Source of the DNA: Lachnospiraceae bacterium
Lineage (GTDB): Bacteria; Bacillota; Clostridia; Lachnospirales; Anaerotignaceae
Direction of reading: 5' to 3'
Assembly (NCBI GenBank): GCA_040772665.1
Contig: JAXGXT010000003.1
Span: 204,085 to 268,084 of the forward strand
DNA length: 64,000 bases
The notes under the pieces were generated by a model that was given only the letters and a program-made list of their open reading frames with translations, did no database searches and was not told the DNA's origin. Made by a program: the position numbers and the translations under genes. Shown piece after piece: positions 17,020-26,349 of this stretch. Position 1 is the first letter of the stretch. Every line of letters begins with the position of its first letter.

Positions 17020-17113
17020 ATTGACAAAAGTTAAGGCATTAAACTTTTGCTAAAGCTGCATAGTATGCGGTTTTAGGGCAGAACAAGGGGGAAGCTCTCA
17101 AGGTCTTCTCTTT
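17020..17113 (+). repeat. Truncated copy of the intergenic repeat family, lying inside the fab cluster between fabK and fabD
   Basis: aaacttttgctaaagctgcatagtatgcggttttag aligns with aaacttttatcaaaaccgcatattcatgcggttttag at 12663-12699. The tail ctctcaaggtctt resembles 12861-12873. Confidence 0.6.
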
Positions 17114-17194
17114 AAAAAATCTGATATAAAATCCCTTTTAAATTAAATAAGTTTAAGAGGGATTTTCTAAAAAAATCATAAGGTGATTAAAACT

Positions 17195-18130
17195 ATGAAA
17201 ACAGCGTTTATTTTCAGCGGACAGGGTTCTCAATATGTGGGCATGGGCAAGGAGCTTTGTGAAAATTTTAAAGAGGCAAAGGATGTTTTTTATGAAGCGG
17301 ACAATGCCCTTGGATTTTCCATATCTGAAATTTGTTTTGAAAACGAAGAAAAACTTAATAAAACCGAGTTTACTCAGCCTGCTATCCTTACAACAAGCAT
17401 TGCGGCTTATGAAATTTTAAAAGAAAAGGGAATTAAGCCTGATTTTGTTGCAGGGTTAAGCCTTGGTGAATATTCTGCATGTGTTGCATCGGGAATAATG
17501 GATTTTAAAGAGGCAGTTTGCCTTGTAAGAAAAAGAGGACGTTTTATGACAGAGGCTGTTTCCGAAGGCGAGGGAGCCATGTATGCCATAATGGGTCTTG
17601 AAAGGGAAGTTGTTGAAGCACAGTGCAAAAGATTTAGTGAAGTTGGATTTGTTGCACCTGCCAATTACAATGCTCCCGGGCAAATTGTTATTGCCGGAAA
17701 AACCGAAGCGGCGGCTAAGGCGGCAGAAGCTCTTAAGGAAGTCGGAGCGAAGATGGTTGTAAAACTTAATGTAAGCGGCCCTTTTCACACTGAACTTCTT
17801 GAAAGTGCGGCTGTTAAGCTTGGTGAAGAGCTTGAAAGCATTTCGATAAACAAATGGGAAATTCCTGTTGTTACAAATGTAACCGGCAAGGCTTACGAAA
17901 AGGTTGAGGATATTGCACCGACACTTATTAACCAGGTTAAAAGCCCTGTTAAGTGGGAAGAAACTTTAAACTTTCTTTATGAGCAGGGTGTTGATACGTT
18001 TGTGGAAATTGGCCCCGGAAAAGCTTTAAGCGGTTTTGTGAAAAGAACTTTAAAGGGAGTCAAAATTTTAAATGTGGAAGATTTAAAATCTTTGGAAAAG
18101 ACACTTGCTGTGTTATTGGAGGAAAAATAA
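17195..18130 (+). CDS. fabD: Malonyl-CoA:ACP transacylase
   Basis: FIFSGQGSQYVGMG and GLSLGEYSA motifs. AAGGTGA RBS before ATG 17195. Confidence 0.95.
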   Translation: MKTAFIFSGQGSQYVGMGKELCENFKEAKDVFYEADNALGFSISEICFENEEKLNKTEFTQPAILTTSIAAYEILKEKGIKPDFVAGLSLGEYSACVASGIMDFKEAVCLVRKRGRFMTEAVSEGEGAMYAIMGLEREVVEAQCKRFSEVGFVAPANYNAPGQIVIAGKTEAAAKAAEALKEVGAKMVVKLNVSGPFHTELLESAAVKLGEELESISINKWEIPVVTNVTGKAYEKVEDIAPTLINQVKSPVKWEETLNFLYEQGVDTFVEIGPGKALSGFVKRTLKGVKILNVEDLKSLEKTLAVLLEEK

Positions 18131-18859
18131 ATGTTAAAAGATAAAACGGTAGTTGTGACAGGGGCGGCAAAGGGAATTGGTTTTGCAATTGCAAAGGCTT
18201 TTGCGGCGGAAGGTGCAAACATTGTTATTAATTACAGAAGCACGGTTTCCGATGAGGCGGTAAAGGCAATTGAAAGCCACGGTGTTAAGTGTATTACCGT
18301 TCAAGGAGATGTAAGCAAAGCCGTTGATGCTGACGCTCTTATTAAAAAGGCCAAGGATGAATTTGGAAGTGTTGATGTTATTGTTAACAATGCGGGAATA
18401 ACAAAGGATAATCTTCTTATAAGAATGAGTGAAGAAGAATTTGATGCGGTTATTGCGGCAAACCTTAAAGGTGTTTTTAATGTAACAAAAGCGGCGGCTA
18501 ATGTTATGATTAAGCAAAGAAGCGGCAAGATTATAAATATAAGCTCAATATCAGGTGTTATTGGCAACGTAGGTCAGGCTAACTATGCGGCAAGCAAAGC
18601 AGGTGTTATAGGAATTACAAAAACAGCGGCAAAAGAGCTTGCCGGCAGAGGAATTACATGCAATTCCATTGCGCCGGGGTTTATTGATACTGACATGACG
18701 GCTGTTCTTAAAGAGGAAATCAAAGCAAAGATGATGGAAAACATTCCTCTTAAGCGTTTTGGAACAGGCGAAGATATAGGTGAAGCGGCAGTATTTTTAG
18801 CAAAAAGCAAATTCATAACAGGCCAAGTTTTAAATGTTGACGGCGGCATGGTTATGTGA
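18131..18859 (+). CDS. fabG: 3-oxoacyl-ACP reductase
   Basis: SDR with TGAAKGIG and YAASKAG motifs. Confidence 0.95.
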   Translation: MLKDKTVVVTGAAKGIGFAIAKAFAAEGANIVINYRSTVSDEAVKAIESHGVKCITVQGDVSKAVDADALIKKAKDEFGSVDVIVNNAGITKDNLLIRMSEEEFDAVIAANLKGVFNVTKAAANVMIKQRSGKIINISSISGVIGNVGQANYAASKAGVIGITKTAAKELAGRGITCNSIAPGFIDTDMTAVLKEEIKAKMMENIPLKRFGTGEDIGEAAVFLAKSKFITGQVLNVDGGMVM

Positions 18860-18878
18860 TTTTAGGAGGTTAATCTCT

Positions 18879-20114
18879 ATGAAAAGATGTGTTATTACAG
18901 GAATGGGAGCCATTACCCCTATGGGTAATGACGTTCAGGAATTTTGGAAAAATATTAAAAGCGGTGTTTGCGGAATTGACAAAATAACAAGGTTTGACAC
19001 CACAGAATTTAAGGCAAAGGTTGCGGCTGAGGTTAAAAACTTTGAGCCAACACTTTATGTGGAAAAAAAGGAATTGAAAAGAAACGATTTATTTTCCATT
19101 TACGGTGTTGCGGCGGCACATCAGGCATATGAATCAAGCGGAATCAAAGAGGGTGAAGTTGATCCGTTTCGTTTTGGTGTTATTGTGGGAAGCGGTATCG
19201 GCGGTTTAATAACAATGGAGGAGCAAATTCTTAAAATGGGTGAAAAAGGCCCGTCTAAGGTTTCTCCGCTTTTTATTCCTATGACAATAGGAAACATGGC
19301 GGCGGGCAATATTGCACTTCGTTTTGGAGCCAAAGGAATTTGCACAGATGTTGTTACTGCTTGCGCAACAGGAACAAACTGTATAGGAGAAGCTTACAGA
19401 AACATTAAGCACGGTTATCTTGACATGTGTTTGGCAGGAGGAACAGAAGCCTCTGTTACACCGATTGCCGTTGCTGGATTTTCAAACCTTACAGCACTTT
19501 CCACAAGCGACGACCCTCTTAAGGCTTCAAGGCCTTTTAACAAAGAAAGAGGCGGTTTTGTTATGGGAGAGGGTGCGGGGATTTTAATGCTTGAAGAACT
19601 TGAGCACGCCCTTAAAAGAGGTGCTAAAATTTATGGTGAAGTTGTTGGATATGGCTCCACATGTGATGCTTACCATATAACTGCTCCATCCCCTGACGGA
19701 GAAGGTGCGGCGGCGGCTATGGAAATGGCTGTTAAAGAAGCTGGAATTAGCCCTGAGGAGATTTCATACATTAATGCCCACGGCACAGGAACCCACCACA
19801 ATGACATAGGTGAAACTGCTGCAATTAAACGTGCTTTTAAAGAAGCGGCTTATAAAATACCTGTTTCTTCAACAAAATCCATGACAGGTCATCTTCTTGG
19901 TGCGGCAGGTGCAGTTGAAGCCATTGCTTGTGTTTTTGCTTTAGAGGAAGGCTTTATTCCCCCTACAATAGGGCTTGAAGAGGCTGACCCTGAGTGTGAT
20001 TTAGATTATGTTCCAAATGTGGGAAGGGCTGCACAGGTTAAATATACACTCTCAAATTCATTGGGATTTGGCGGTCACAATGCTGTTTTATGCCTTAAAA
20101 AATGGGAGGAATAA
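18879..20114 (+). CDS. fabF: 3-oxoacyl-ACP synthase II
   Basis: KAS II with an ACATG active-site Cys and the HGTGT and GHLLGAAG motifs. AGGAGG RBS before 18879. Confidence 0.95.
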   Translation: MKRCVITGMGAITPMGNDVQEFWKNIKSGVCGIDKITRFDTTEFKAKVAAEVKNFEPTLYVEKKELKRNDLFSIYGVAAAHQAYESSGIKEGEVDPFRFGVIVGSGIGGLITMEEQILKMGEKGPSKVSPLFIPMTIGNMAAGNIALRFGAKGICTDVVTACATGTNCIGEAYRNIKHGYLDMCLAGGTEASVTPIAVAGFSNLTALSTSDDPLKASRPFNKERGGFVMGEGAGILMLEELEHALKRGAKIYGEVVGYGSTCDAYHITAPSPDGEGAAAAMEMAVKEAGISPEEISYINAHGTGTHHNDIGETAAIKRAFKEAAYKIPVSSTKSMTGHLLGAAGAVEAIACVFALEEGFIPPTIGLEEADPECDLDYVPNVGRAAQVKYTLSNSLGFGGHNAVLCLKKWEE

Positions 20115-20116
20115 AA

Positions 20117-20578
20117 GTGGATTTCAAGGAAGTTAAGGAATTAATTGAAATTATAGATAAATCGCAGTTAAGAGTTTTTGAGTTAAGTCTTAGCGGCTGC
20201 ACAGTTAAAATGAGTAAAAACACAGAAAAAGAAAAAGTTTCGGAAGAAACTGTTAAAATTGTTTCAGAGCCTGTTCAAAGCTTTATGCAAGGTGAAGTTG
20301 AAAAGGAAATTGCAGAAAAGCCGATTAAAGAAGATGTGTTAAGCGGAAAAGTTGTTAAAGCACCTCTTGTGGGAACATTTTATTCAAGCCCTGCACCTGA
20401 TAAGGATAATTTTGTAAGGGTTGGGGACAGTGTTAAAAAAGGTGATGTGCTTTGCATTGTTGAAGCAATGAAGGTTATGAACGAGGTTACAAGTGATTTT
20501 GACGGCATTGTTAAGGCTGTTTTGGTTGAAGATGAAACCTTGGTTGAATATGGTCAGCCTTTGTTTACCATTGGTTAA
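20117..20578 (+). CDS. accB: Biotin carboxyl carrier protein of acetyl-CoA carboxylase
   Basis: EAMKVMNE biotinylation motif. A GTG 20117 start is suggested by a GGGAGGA RBS. The maximal ORF starts at 20102. Confidence 0.9.
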   Translation: MDFKEVKELIEIIDKSQLRVFELSLSGCTVKMSKNTEKEKVSEETVKIVSEPVQSFMQGEVEKEIAEKPIKEDVLSGKVVKAPLVGTFYSSPAPDKDNFVRVGDSVKKGDVLCIVEAMKVMNEVTSDFDGIVKAVLVEDETLVEYGQPLFTIG

Positions 20579-20595
20579 GGTTTAGGAGGCTGGAA

Positions 20596-21018
20596 ATGAT
20601 TGATATTAAAGAAATTATGAAAGTTTTGCCTCATAGACCTCCGTTTTTGCTTATAGACAAAATTGAAGAGGTTGTTGCAGGCGAAAGAGTGGTTGCAATT
20701 AAAAACGTAACAATGAACGAGCCTTACTTTGTTGGGCATTTTCCAAGCGAGCCTGTAATGCCGGGTGTTCTTATTGTTGAAGCCATGGCACAGGCAGGGG
20801 CTTATGCTGTTTTAAGCATTGAGGAAAACAAAGGAAAGACTGCTTATTTTGGAGCTATTGACAAGGCGAAATTCAGAAAAAAAGTTGTTCCCGGAGATAC
20901 TCTTAAAATTGAGGTTGAAATAATAAAACTTAAAACAAGTGCAGGCATTGGAAAAGGCACTGCTTATGTTGACGGCAAAAAGGTCTGTGAGGCCGAAATT
21001 ACCTTTATGATAGGTTAG
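20596..21018 (+). CDS. fabZ: 3-hydroxyacyl-ACP dehydratase
   Basis: [11 protein letters not shown]...FFxGHFP...PGVL hot-dog motifs. Confidence 0.95.
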   Translation: MIDIKEIMKVLPHRPPFLLIDKIEEVVAGERVVAIKNVTMNEPYFVGHFPSEPVMPGVLIVEAMAQAGAYAVLSIEENKGKTAYFGAIDKAKFRKKVVPGDTLKIEVEIIKLKTSAGIGKGTAYVDGKKVCEAEITFMIG

Positions 21019-21028
21019 GTGATGGCAA

Positions 21029-22378
21029 ATGTTCAGTAAGATTTTAATTGCAAACAGGGGAGAAATAGCTGTCAGAATAATTCGTGGGTGCAGAGAAATG
21101 GGCATTAAAACGGTGGCTGTTTTTTCTGAACCTGACAGAGAAGCCCTTCATACTCAGCTTGCAGACGAGGCTGTTTGTATAGGGCCTGCAAAAAGTACGG
21201 AAAGTTATCTTAATATGCAAAACATAATTACTGCTGCTGTTTCAACAGGGGCACAGGCTATTCATCCCGGTTTTGGTTTTCTCGCGGAAAACAGTACTTT
21301 TGCCGCCCTTTGCGAAGAGTGCAGCATTAAGTTTATAGGCCCTAAAGCAAGTGTAATTGATGCTATGGGAAACAAAAGCAACGCAAGAGAGCTTATGATT
21401 AAAGCAGGCGTTCCCGTTATTCCCGGAAGTGACGGGGTTGTGGAAAACCTTGAGAAAGCCATTAAAATCGGAAGAGAACTTGGATACCCTGTAATGGTTA
21501 AGGCTTCCGCAGGCGGCGGAGGAAAAGGCATACGTATTGTAAGAAGCGAAGAAGAGCTTGAAAGTGCTTATGAAAATGCAAAAAATGAAACAAAAGCCGC
21601 TTTTGGCGATGACACTATGTATATGGAAAAAGTTATTGAAAAGGCAAGGCACATTGAAATTCAGGTTTTAGGCGACGAATTTGGAAACGTGGTTCACCTT
21701 GGAGAGCGTGACTGTTCACTTCAAAGGCGAAACCAAAAAGTTCTTGAAGAGGCGCCATCACCTGTTTTAAGCGAGGAAATAAGAAAATCCATGGGAGAGG
21801 CGGCCGTAAAAGCGGCGTCATCTGTTAATTACACAGGTGCCGGAACCATTGAGTTTTTATATGATAAATCAGGAAAGTTTTATTTTATGGAAATGAACAC
21901 ACGTATTCAAGTTGAGCATCCTGTTACGGAAATGATAACGGGAATTGACATTGTAAAAGAACAGCTTAAAATTGCGTCCGGAGAGGCCATTTCATTTAAG
22001 CAGGAAGATATTTCTTTTAAAGGCCACGCTATTGAATGCAGAATTAATGCAGAAAGCCCTGATAAAGGGTTTGCCCCATCCCCTGGGAACATTGATTTTC
22101 TTCTTGTGCCGGGCGGAGGAATGGGCGTTAGGGTTGACAGCGCTGTTTATCAAGGGTGCAAAATACTTCCTTTTTATGACTCTATGATTGCAAAGGTTAT
22201 AACATACGGAAAAACAAGACAGGAGGCAATAGACAAAATGCTTCGTTGTCTTTATGAATTTGTTATTGAAGGGGTGGATACAAATATAGAGTTTCAAGAG
22301 CATATTCTTACCCACCCTGAATATCTCGAGGGGAATTTTGATACAAGTTTTATAGCCGAAAAAATAATAAAACAATAA
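21029..22378 (+). CDS. accC: Acetyl-CoA carboxylase biotin carboxylase subunit
   Basis: MFSKILIANRGEIAVRIIR N-terminus and an ATP-grasp domain. Confidence 0.96.
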   Translation: MFSKILIANRGEIAVRIIRGCREMGIKTVAVFSEPDREALHTQLADEAVCIGPAKSTESYLNMQNIITAAVSTGAQAIHPGFGFLAENSTFAALCEECSIKFIGPKASVIDAMGNKSNARELMIKAGVPVIPGSDGVVENLEKAIKIGRELGYPVMVKASAGGGGKGIRIVRSEEELESAYENAKNETKAAFGDDTMYMEKVIEKARHIEIQVLGDEFGNVVHLGERDCSLQRRNQKVLEEAPSPVLSEEIRKSMGEAAVKAASSVNYTGAGTIEFLYDKSGKFYFMEMNTRIQVEHPVTEMITGIDIVKEQLKIASGEAISFKQEDISFKGHAIECRINAESPDKGFAPSPGNIDFLLVPGGGMGVRVDSAVYQGCKILPFYDSMIAKVITYGKTRQEAIDKMLRCLYEFVIEGVDTNIEFQEHILTHPEYLEGNFDTSFIAEKIIKQ

Positions 22379-22410
22379 TTTTGATTGTGACTTGAGATTG
22401 GTGATGATTT

Positions 22411-23292
22411 ATGAACCTATTTAAAAGAAAAAGATATATTACACTTAATCAACTAAATATCGGAGAGCTTTCTGAAAAATCAGAAGACAGCCCAAGCATA
22501 CCAGACGGGCTTTGTGTGAAATGTAATCATTGCAAAAGAACAATATACACAAAGGAAATAAGCCAATTAAAGGTATGCCCGAAATGCGGCGGTCATTTCA
22601 GAATGAGCGCTTGGGAAAGAATAGGCATTATTTGTGATGAAGGAAGTTTTATTGAATATGACAAAGGTTTAAGAACTGAAAACCCTATGAAATATCCAAA
22701 CTATGAAAAAATAATTAAAAAGGCTCAGGAAAAAAGCGGGCTTAATGAAGCTGTTATAAGCGGAAGATGTAAAATAAATGGTTCCGACACAATTATTGCT
22801 GTTATGGATTCTAATTTCATGATGGGCTCAATGGGTTCTGTTGTAGGTGAAAAAGTTACAAGGGCCATTGAAAGGGCAACATCCATGAAGCTTCCCATTG
22901 TTATTTTTACAAGCAGCGGCGGAGCAAGAATGCAAGAGGGCATTATCTCACTTATGCAGATGGCTAAAACAAGTGCCGCCCTCAAACGTCACGGTGACGA
23001 GGGGCTTTTGTATATTTCTGTTATAACAGACCCTACAACAGGTGGAGTTACAGCAAGTTTTGCAAGTCTTGGAGATATTATTCTTGCGGAGCCAAAGGCA
23101 CTTATGGGTTTTGCGGGGCAAAGAGTTATTGAGGGAACAATTAATGAAAAACTTCCTGAAGGATTTCAAAGTGCGGAGTTTCAGCTTGAGCACGGATTTG
23201 TTGATAAAATTGTTGAAAGAGGTCTTTTGAAAAATGTGCTTTCAAGCCTTATAAAAATGCACACACAATCAGGAGGCGAGGCAGATGAGTAA
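22411..23292 (+). CDS. accD: Acetyl-CoA carboxylase carboxyltransferase beta subunit
   Basis: N-terminal CxxC...CxxC zinc ribbon followed by a CT domain. Confidence 0.94.
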   Translation: MNLFKRKRYITLNQLNIGELSEKSEDSPSIPDGLCVKCNHCKRTIYTKEISQLKVCPKCGGHFRMSAWERIGIICDEGSFIEYDKGLRTENPMKYPNYEKIIKKAQEKSGLNEAVISGRCKINGSDTIIAVMDSNFMMGSMGSVVGEKVTRAIERATSMKLPIVIFTSSGGARMQEGIISLMQMAKTSAALKRHGDEGLLYISVITDPTTGGVTASFASLGDIILAEPKALMGFAGQRVIEGTINEKLPEGFQSAEFQLEHGFVDKIVERGLLKNVLSSLIKMHTQSGGEADE

Positions 23293-24088
23293 TGCATATG
23301 AAATTGTTTCAATAACAAGAAAGGTTACAAGACCAACTGCACAAGCTTTTATTAAGGAAATCTGCAGCGGTTTTGTAAAACTTCACGGTGACAGGCTTTT
23401 TGCCGACGACAAGGCAATTGTTGGTGGAATAGGAAGTATAGGAAAGCGTGCAGTTACAATTATTGCCATTCAAAAAGGCAACTCTTTGCAGGAAAACATT
23501 AAAAGAAATTTCGGACAGCCAAACCCCGAAGGATATAGAAAAGCCCTTAGGCTTATGAAACAGGCGGAAAAATTTAAAAGGCCTGTTATCACGCTTATTA
23601 ACACCTCAGGTGCATACCCAGGGCTTGGAGCGGAAGAAAGAGGTCAGGGAGAGGCAATCGCAAAGCTGCTTTTTGAAAGTGCAGGGCTTAAGGTTCCCGT
23701 TATAAGTATTTTTATAGGCGAAGGCGGAAGCGGCGGTGCTTTGGCTTTAGCGGCGGGAGACAGGGTGTGGATGCTTGAAAACGGAATGTATGCAGTGCTT
23801 TCTCCCGAAGGTTTTGCAAGCATTCTTTGGAGAGATCCCTCAAAGGCGGCGGAAGCGGCAGACCTTATGAAACTTACGGCAGAGGATTTGCTTGCCAATG
23901 GAGTTATTGAAAAAATTATTCCCGAGGCGGAAGAGGGAATTGAAAACAATCTTAAATTTACAACGGATATTTTAAAAGAAAGTCTTTTAGAGGAGCTGAA
24001 TTATCTTTGTTCCCTTGATACTGAGGAGCTTTTAAGGCAAAGATATGAAAGATTTAGAAAGTTCGGTGAGTTTTCCGAGGGCATTTAA
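23285..24088 (+). CDS. accA: Acetyl-CoA carboxylase carboxyltransferase alpha subunit
   Basis: GAYPG..AEERGQ.EAIA motif. Overlaps accD. Confidence 0.94.
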   Translation: MSNAYEIVSITRKVTRPTAQAFIKEICSGFVKLHGDRLFADDKAIVGGIGSIGKRAVTIIAIQKGNSLQENIKRNFGQPNPEGYRKALRLMKQAEKFKRPVITLINTSGAYPGLGAEERGQGEAIAKLLFESAGLKVPVISIFIGEGGSGGALALAAGDRVWMLENGMYAVLSPEGFASILWRDPSKAAEAADLMKLTAEDLLANGVIEKIIPEAEEGIENNLKFTTDILKESLLEELNYLCSLDTEELLRQRYERFRKFGEFSEGI

Positions 24089-24152
24089 AGCTTTACATCC
24101 CGAGGGTCTATGGGTTAGTATAGACTTAGGATTTTTTAAGGGAGGAGTATAA

Positions 24153-24824
24153 ATGCCCAAGCTGCTTTCAGAGCTTATTGCCGACGATATATATGCAATG
24201 ATTGTTTTTCAAAAGAAATTTAAACCCGGAGATAAACTGCCCAATGAAAATGACTTGTCTAAGGAATTGAAAGTTAACCGTTCAACCCTCAGAGAAGCAA
24301 TAAGAATACTTTCCACAAACCGTGTTCTGGAAATAAGACGGGGGAGAGGCACTTTTGTTGCGGAGGATTTTGACCCTGAAAATGATAAGATTTATTCAAT
24401 CAACGAAGGGGATGTAAACGTTAAGGATTTATATGAGATGCGTCTTATTATAGAGCCTGAGGCTGCTTATTATGCCACATTAAGAGCAAGTGAGGCGGAG
24501 ATGAAAAGAATTTTAAAGCTTGGAAAGGTTCTTGAAAAAAAGATACGTGAAAACGCAGACAGAACGAAGGAAGAGCAGGAGTTTCATCAGGCAATTGCCA
24601 GAGCAACACACAACGAATACATGAACAAACTTCTTCCTGTGCTTTTACAAGCTATTTATTCGGGGGTTCTTATTTCCCAAAAAAATGAAGATCTTAGAAT
24701 TGAAACTTTAAAAGACCATAGGCTTATTATGGAATTTATGCAAAAAAGAGATGCGGAAGGCGCAAAAATGGCCATGAGGCTTCATATGCTTCATGCAGAC
24801 AGAGGTATGAGAGAACAACTGTAA
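24153..24824 (+). CDS. GntR-family (FadR/FCD-type) transcriptional regulator
   Basis: LPNENDLSKELKVNRSTLREAIRIL wHTH plus a helical FCD-like C-terminal domain. Confidence 0.88.
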   Translation: MPKLLSELIADDIYAMIVFQKKFKPGDKLPNENDLSKELKVNRSTLREAIRILSTNRVLEIRRGRGTFVAEDFDPENDKIYSINEGDVNVKDLYEMRLIIEPEAAYYATLRASEAEMKRILKLGKVLEKKIRENADRTKEEQEFHQAIARATHNEYMNKLLPVLLQAIYSGVLISQKNEDLRIETLKDHRLIMEFMQKRDAEGAKMAMRLHMLHADRGMREQL

Positions 24825-24853
24825 AGGTTTTATGAGAAAAAGGCTTTGTGTAA

Positions 24854-24882
24854 TTGACATAATACCTTTTAAAAGGTATAAT
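24854..24882 (+). promoter_or_regulatory. Perfect consensus promoter (TTGACA-17-TATAAT) for panB, with an 18-bp perfect palindrome ATACCTTTTAAAAGGTAT (24862-24879) filling the spacer
   Basis: Hexamers at 24854-24859 and 24877-24882. The palindrome was verified base by base. Confidence 0.75.
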
Positions 24883-24957
24883 TTTTTAAACGGATTGGAA
24901 AAGTATGCATTGTAAGGTTGTCCGTTAATAAAATTACGAAGAGATGGGGGCAAACAG

Positions 24958-25782
24958 ATGAAAAAGAAAATTACAGTACCTGAAATTAGAGAAACAAAGA
25001 CAAACGGAAGAAAAATTACCCTTGTTACTTGCTATGACTACACATTTGCAACAATCGTAAACGAAAGTGATATTGAGCTTATTCTTATAGGCGATTCACT
25101 TGGAATGACAATGCTTGGATATGAAGGAACAGTAGGTGTTACTGTTGATGACATTATTCATCACGGAAAAAGCGTTAAAAGAGGAGCACCTAACACATTT
25201 ATTATCGGAGACATGCCTTTTGGAGCATACAATGTTTCTGTTGAGCAAGGAATTATAAGTGCAAACCGTTTATTTGCTGAAATTGGCTGTGACGCTATTA
25301 AGCTTGAGGGCGGAAAACGTTCTGCAGCTGTTATTAAGGGAATTGTTGAAGCAGGAATTCCTGTTTGCGGTCACATTGGTCTTACACCTCAAACATCCAG
25401 CATGATGGGTGGTTTTAAGGTTCAGGGCAAGAGCATGGAGGCTGTTGAACTTCTTCTTGCTGATGCAAAGGCTATTGAAGAAGCAGGCGCTTTTATGATT
25501 ATGATTGAGGGCGTGCCTGTTGATGTTACACAATATATAAGAGAGAGAATTAACATTCCTATTATAGGAATTGGCGCAGGCGACAACTGTGAAGTTCAGG
25601 CTCTTATTTTACAGGATATGCTTGGCATGTATGAGTGGGTTCCTAAGTTTGCAAAGAAGTTCGCTAACCTTAGACCTGTAATACTTGATGCTTTCAATAC
25701 TTTCCATAAGGAAGTTGAGGAAGGTTCTTTCCCAACACCTGAGTATTCCTATAATGCTAAGGTTGAAGGTTTAAGTGAGTAA
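24958..25782 (+). CDS. panB: 3-methyl-2-oxobutanoate hydroxymethyltransferase
   Basis: 274 aa with LVTCYDY, GDSLGM and KLEGG motifs. Confidence 0.95.
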   Translation: MKKKITVPEIRETKTNGRKITLVTCYDYTFATIVNESDIELILIGDSLGMTMLGYEGTVGVTVDDIIHHGKSVKRGAPNTFIIGDMPFGAYNVSVEQGIISANRLFAEIGCDAIKLEGGKRSAAVIKGIVEAGIPVCGHIGLTPQTSSMMGGFKVQGKSMEAVELLLADAKAIEEAGAFMIMIEGVPVDVTQYIRERINIPIIGIGAGDNCEVQALILQDMLGMYEWVPKFAKKFANLRPVILDAFNTFHKEVEEGSFPTPEYSYNAKVEGLSE

Positions 25783-25805
25783 TTTTTAAAATTTATCAAA
25801 GTTAA

Positions 25806-25840
25806 AAGGCGGGGTCTTATGACCTTGCCTTTTTGTTTTT
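25806..25840 (+). terminator. Rho-independent terminator after panB
   Basis: aaggcggggtc / gaccttgcctt 11-bp stem (two G.U pairs) followed by a T-run. Confidence 0.75.
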
Positions 25841-26349
25841 TAAAAAGCGAAAGAAAAGGCTTAGTATAAATACTGACATGAAAAAATTGTGGTTTGCAAA
25901 GGAAATTTTTGATTAATAAAGTGTATCCAATGTATTTTTGCAATAAAAAAAGCTGGTTTTTCGTAAGTTTTAAAGTTTGGAGTTTTTAAATAATTAGTTT
26001 AAGAAATATTATAAAAGACTATAATGTAATAAATAACATGCTTATAGGTTAAAAAATTGATAAAACCATCATAAATTACAGTTGGCGAATAGAGGTTTTA
26101 TTAACTTTTACTGAAAAGTTCAATGTAAAATTGGCATTTTAGACGGCATTGGAAAAATTAACGTTTTTGAAATAAAATGTGCAAATTTTGTTGTATTATG
26201 TACAATTAATATTATAATGTTATTGTAGGATAATATGTTTATGAAACTTGATTGTATGCGTATCAAAATTAAGGGATATGTGTATGATTTTAAATATACC
26301 TAATGTGTGTCAATATATTTTGAAGCATCTTGTGTAGGAGGAATTTTTG

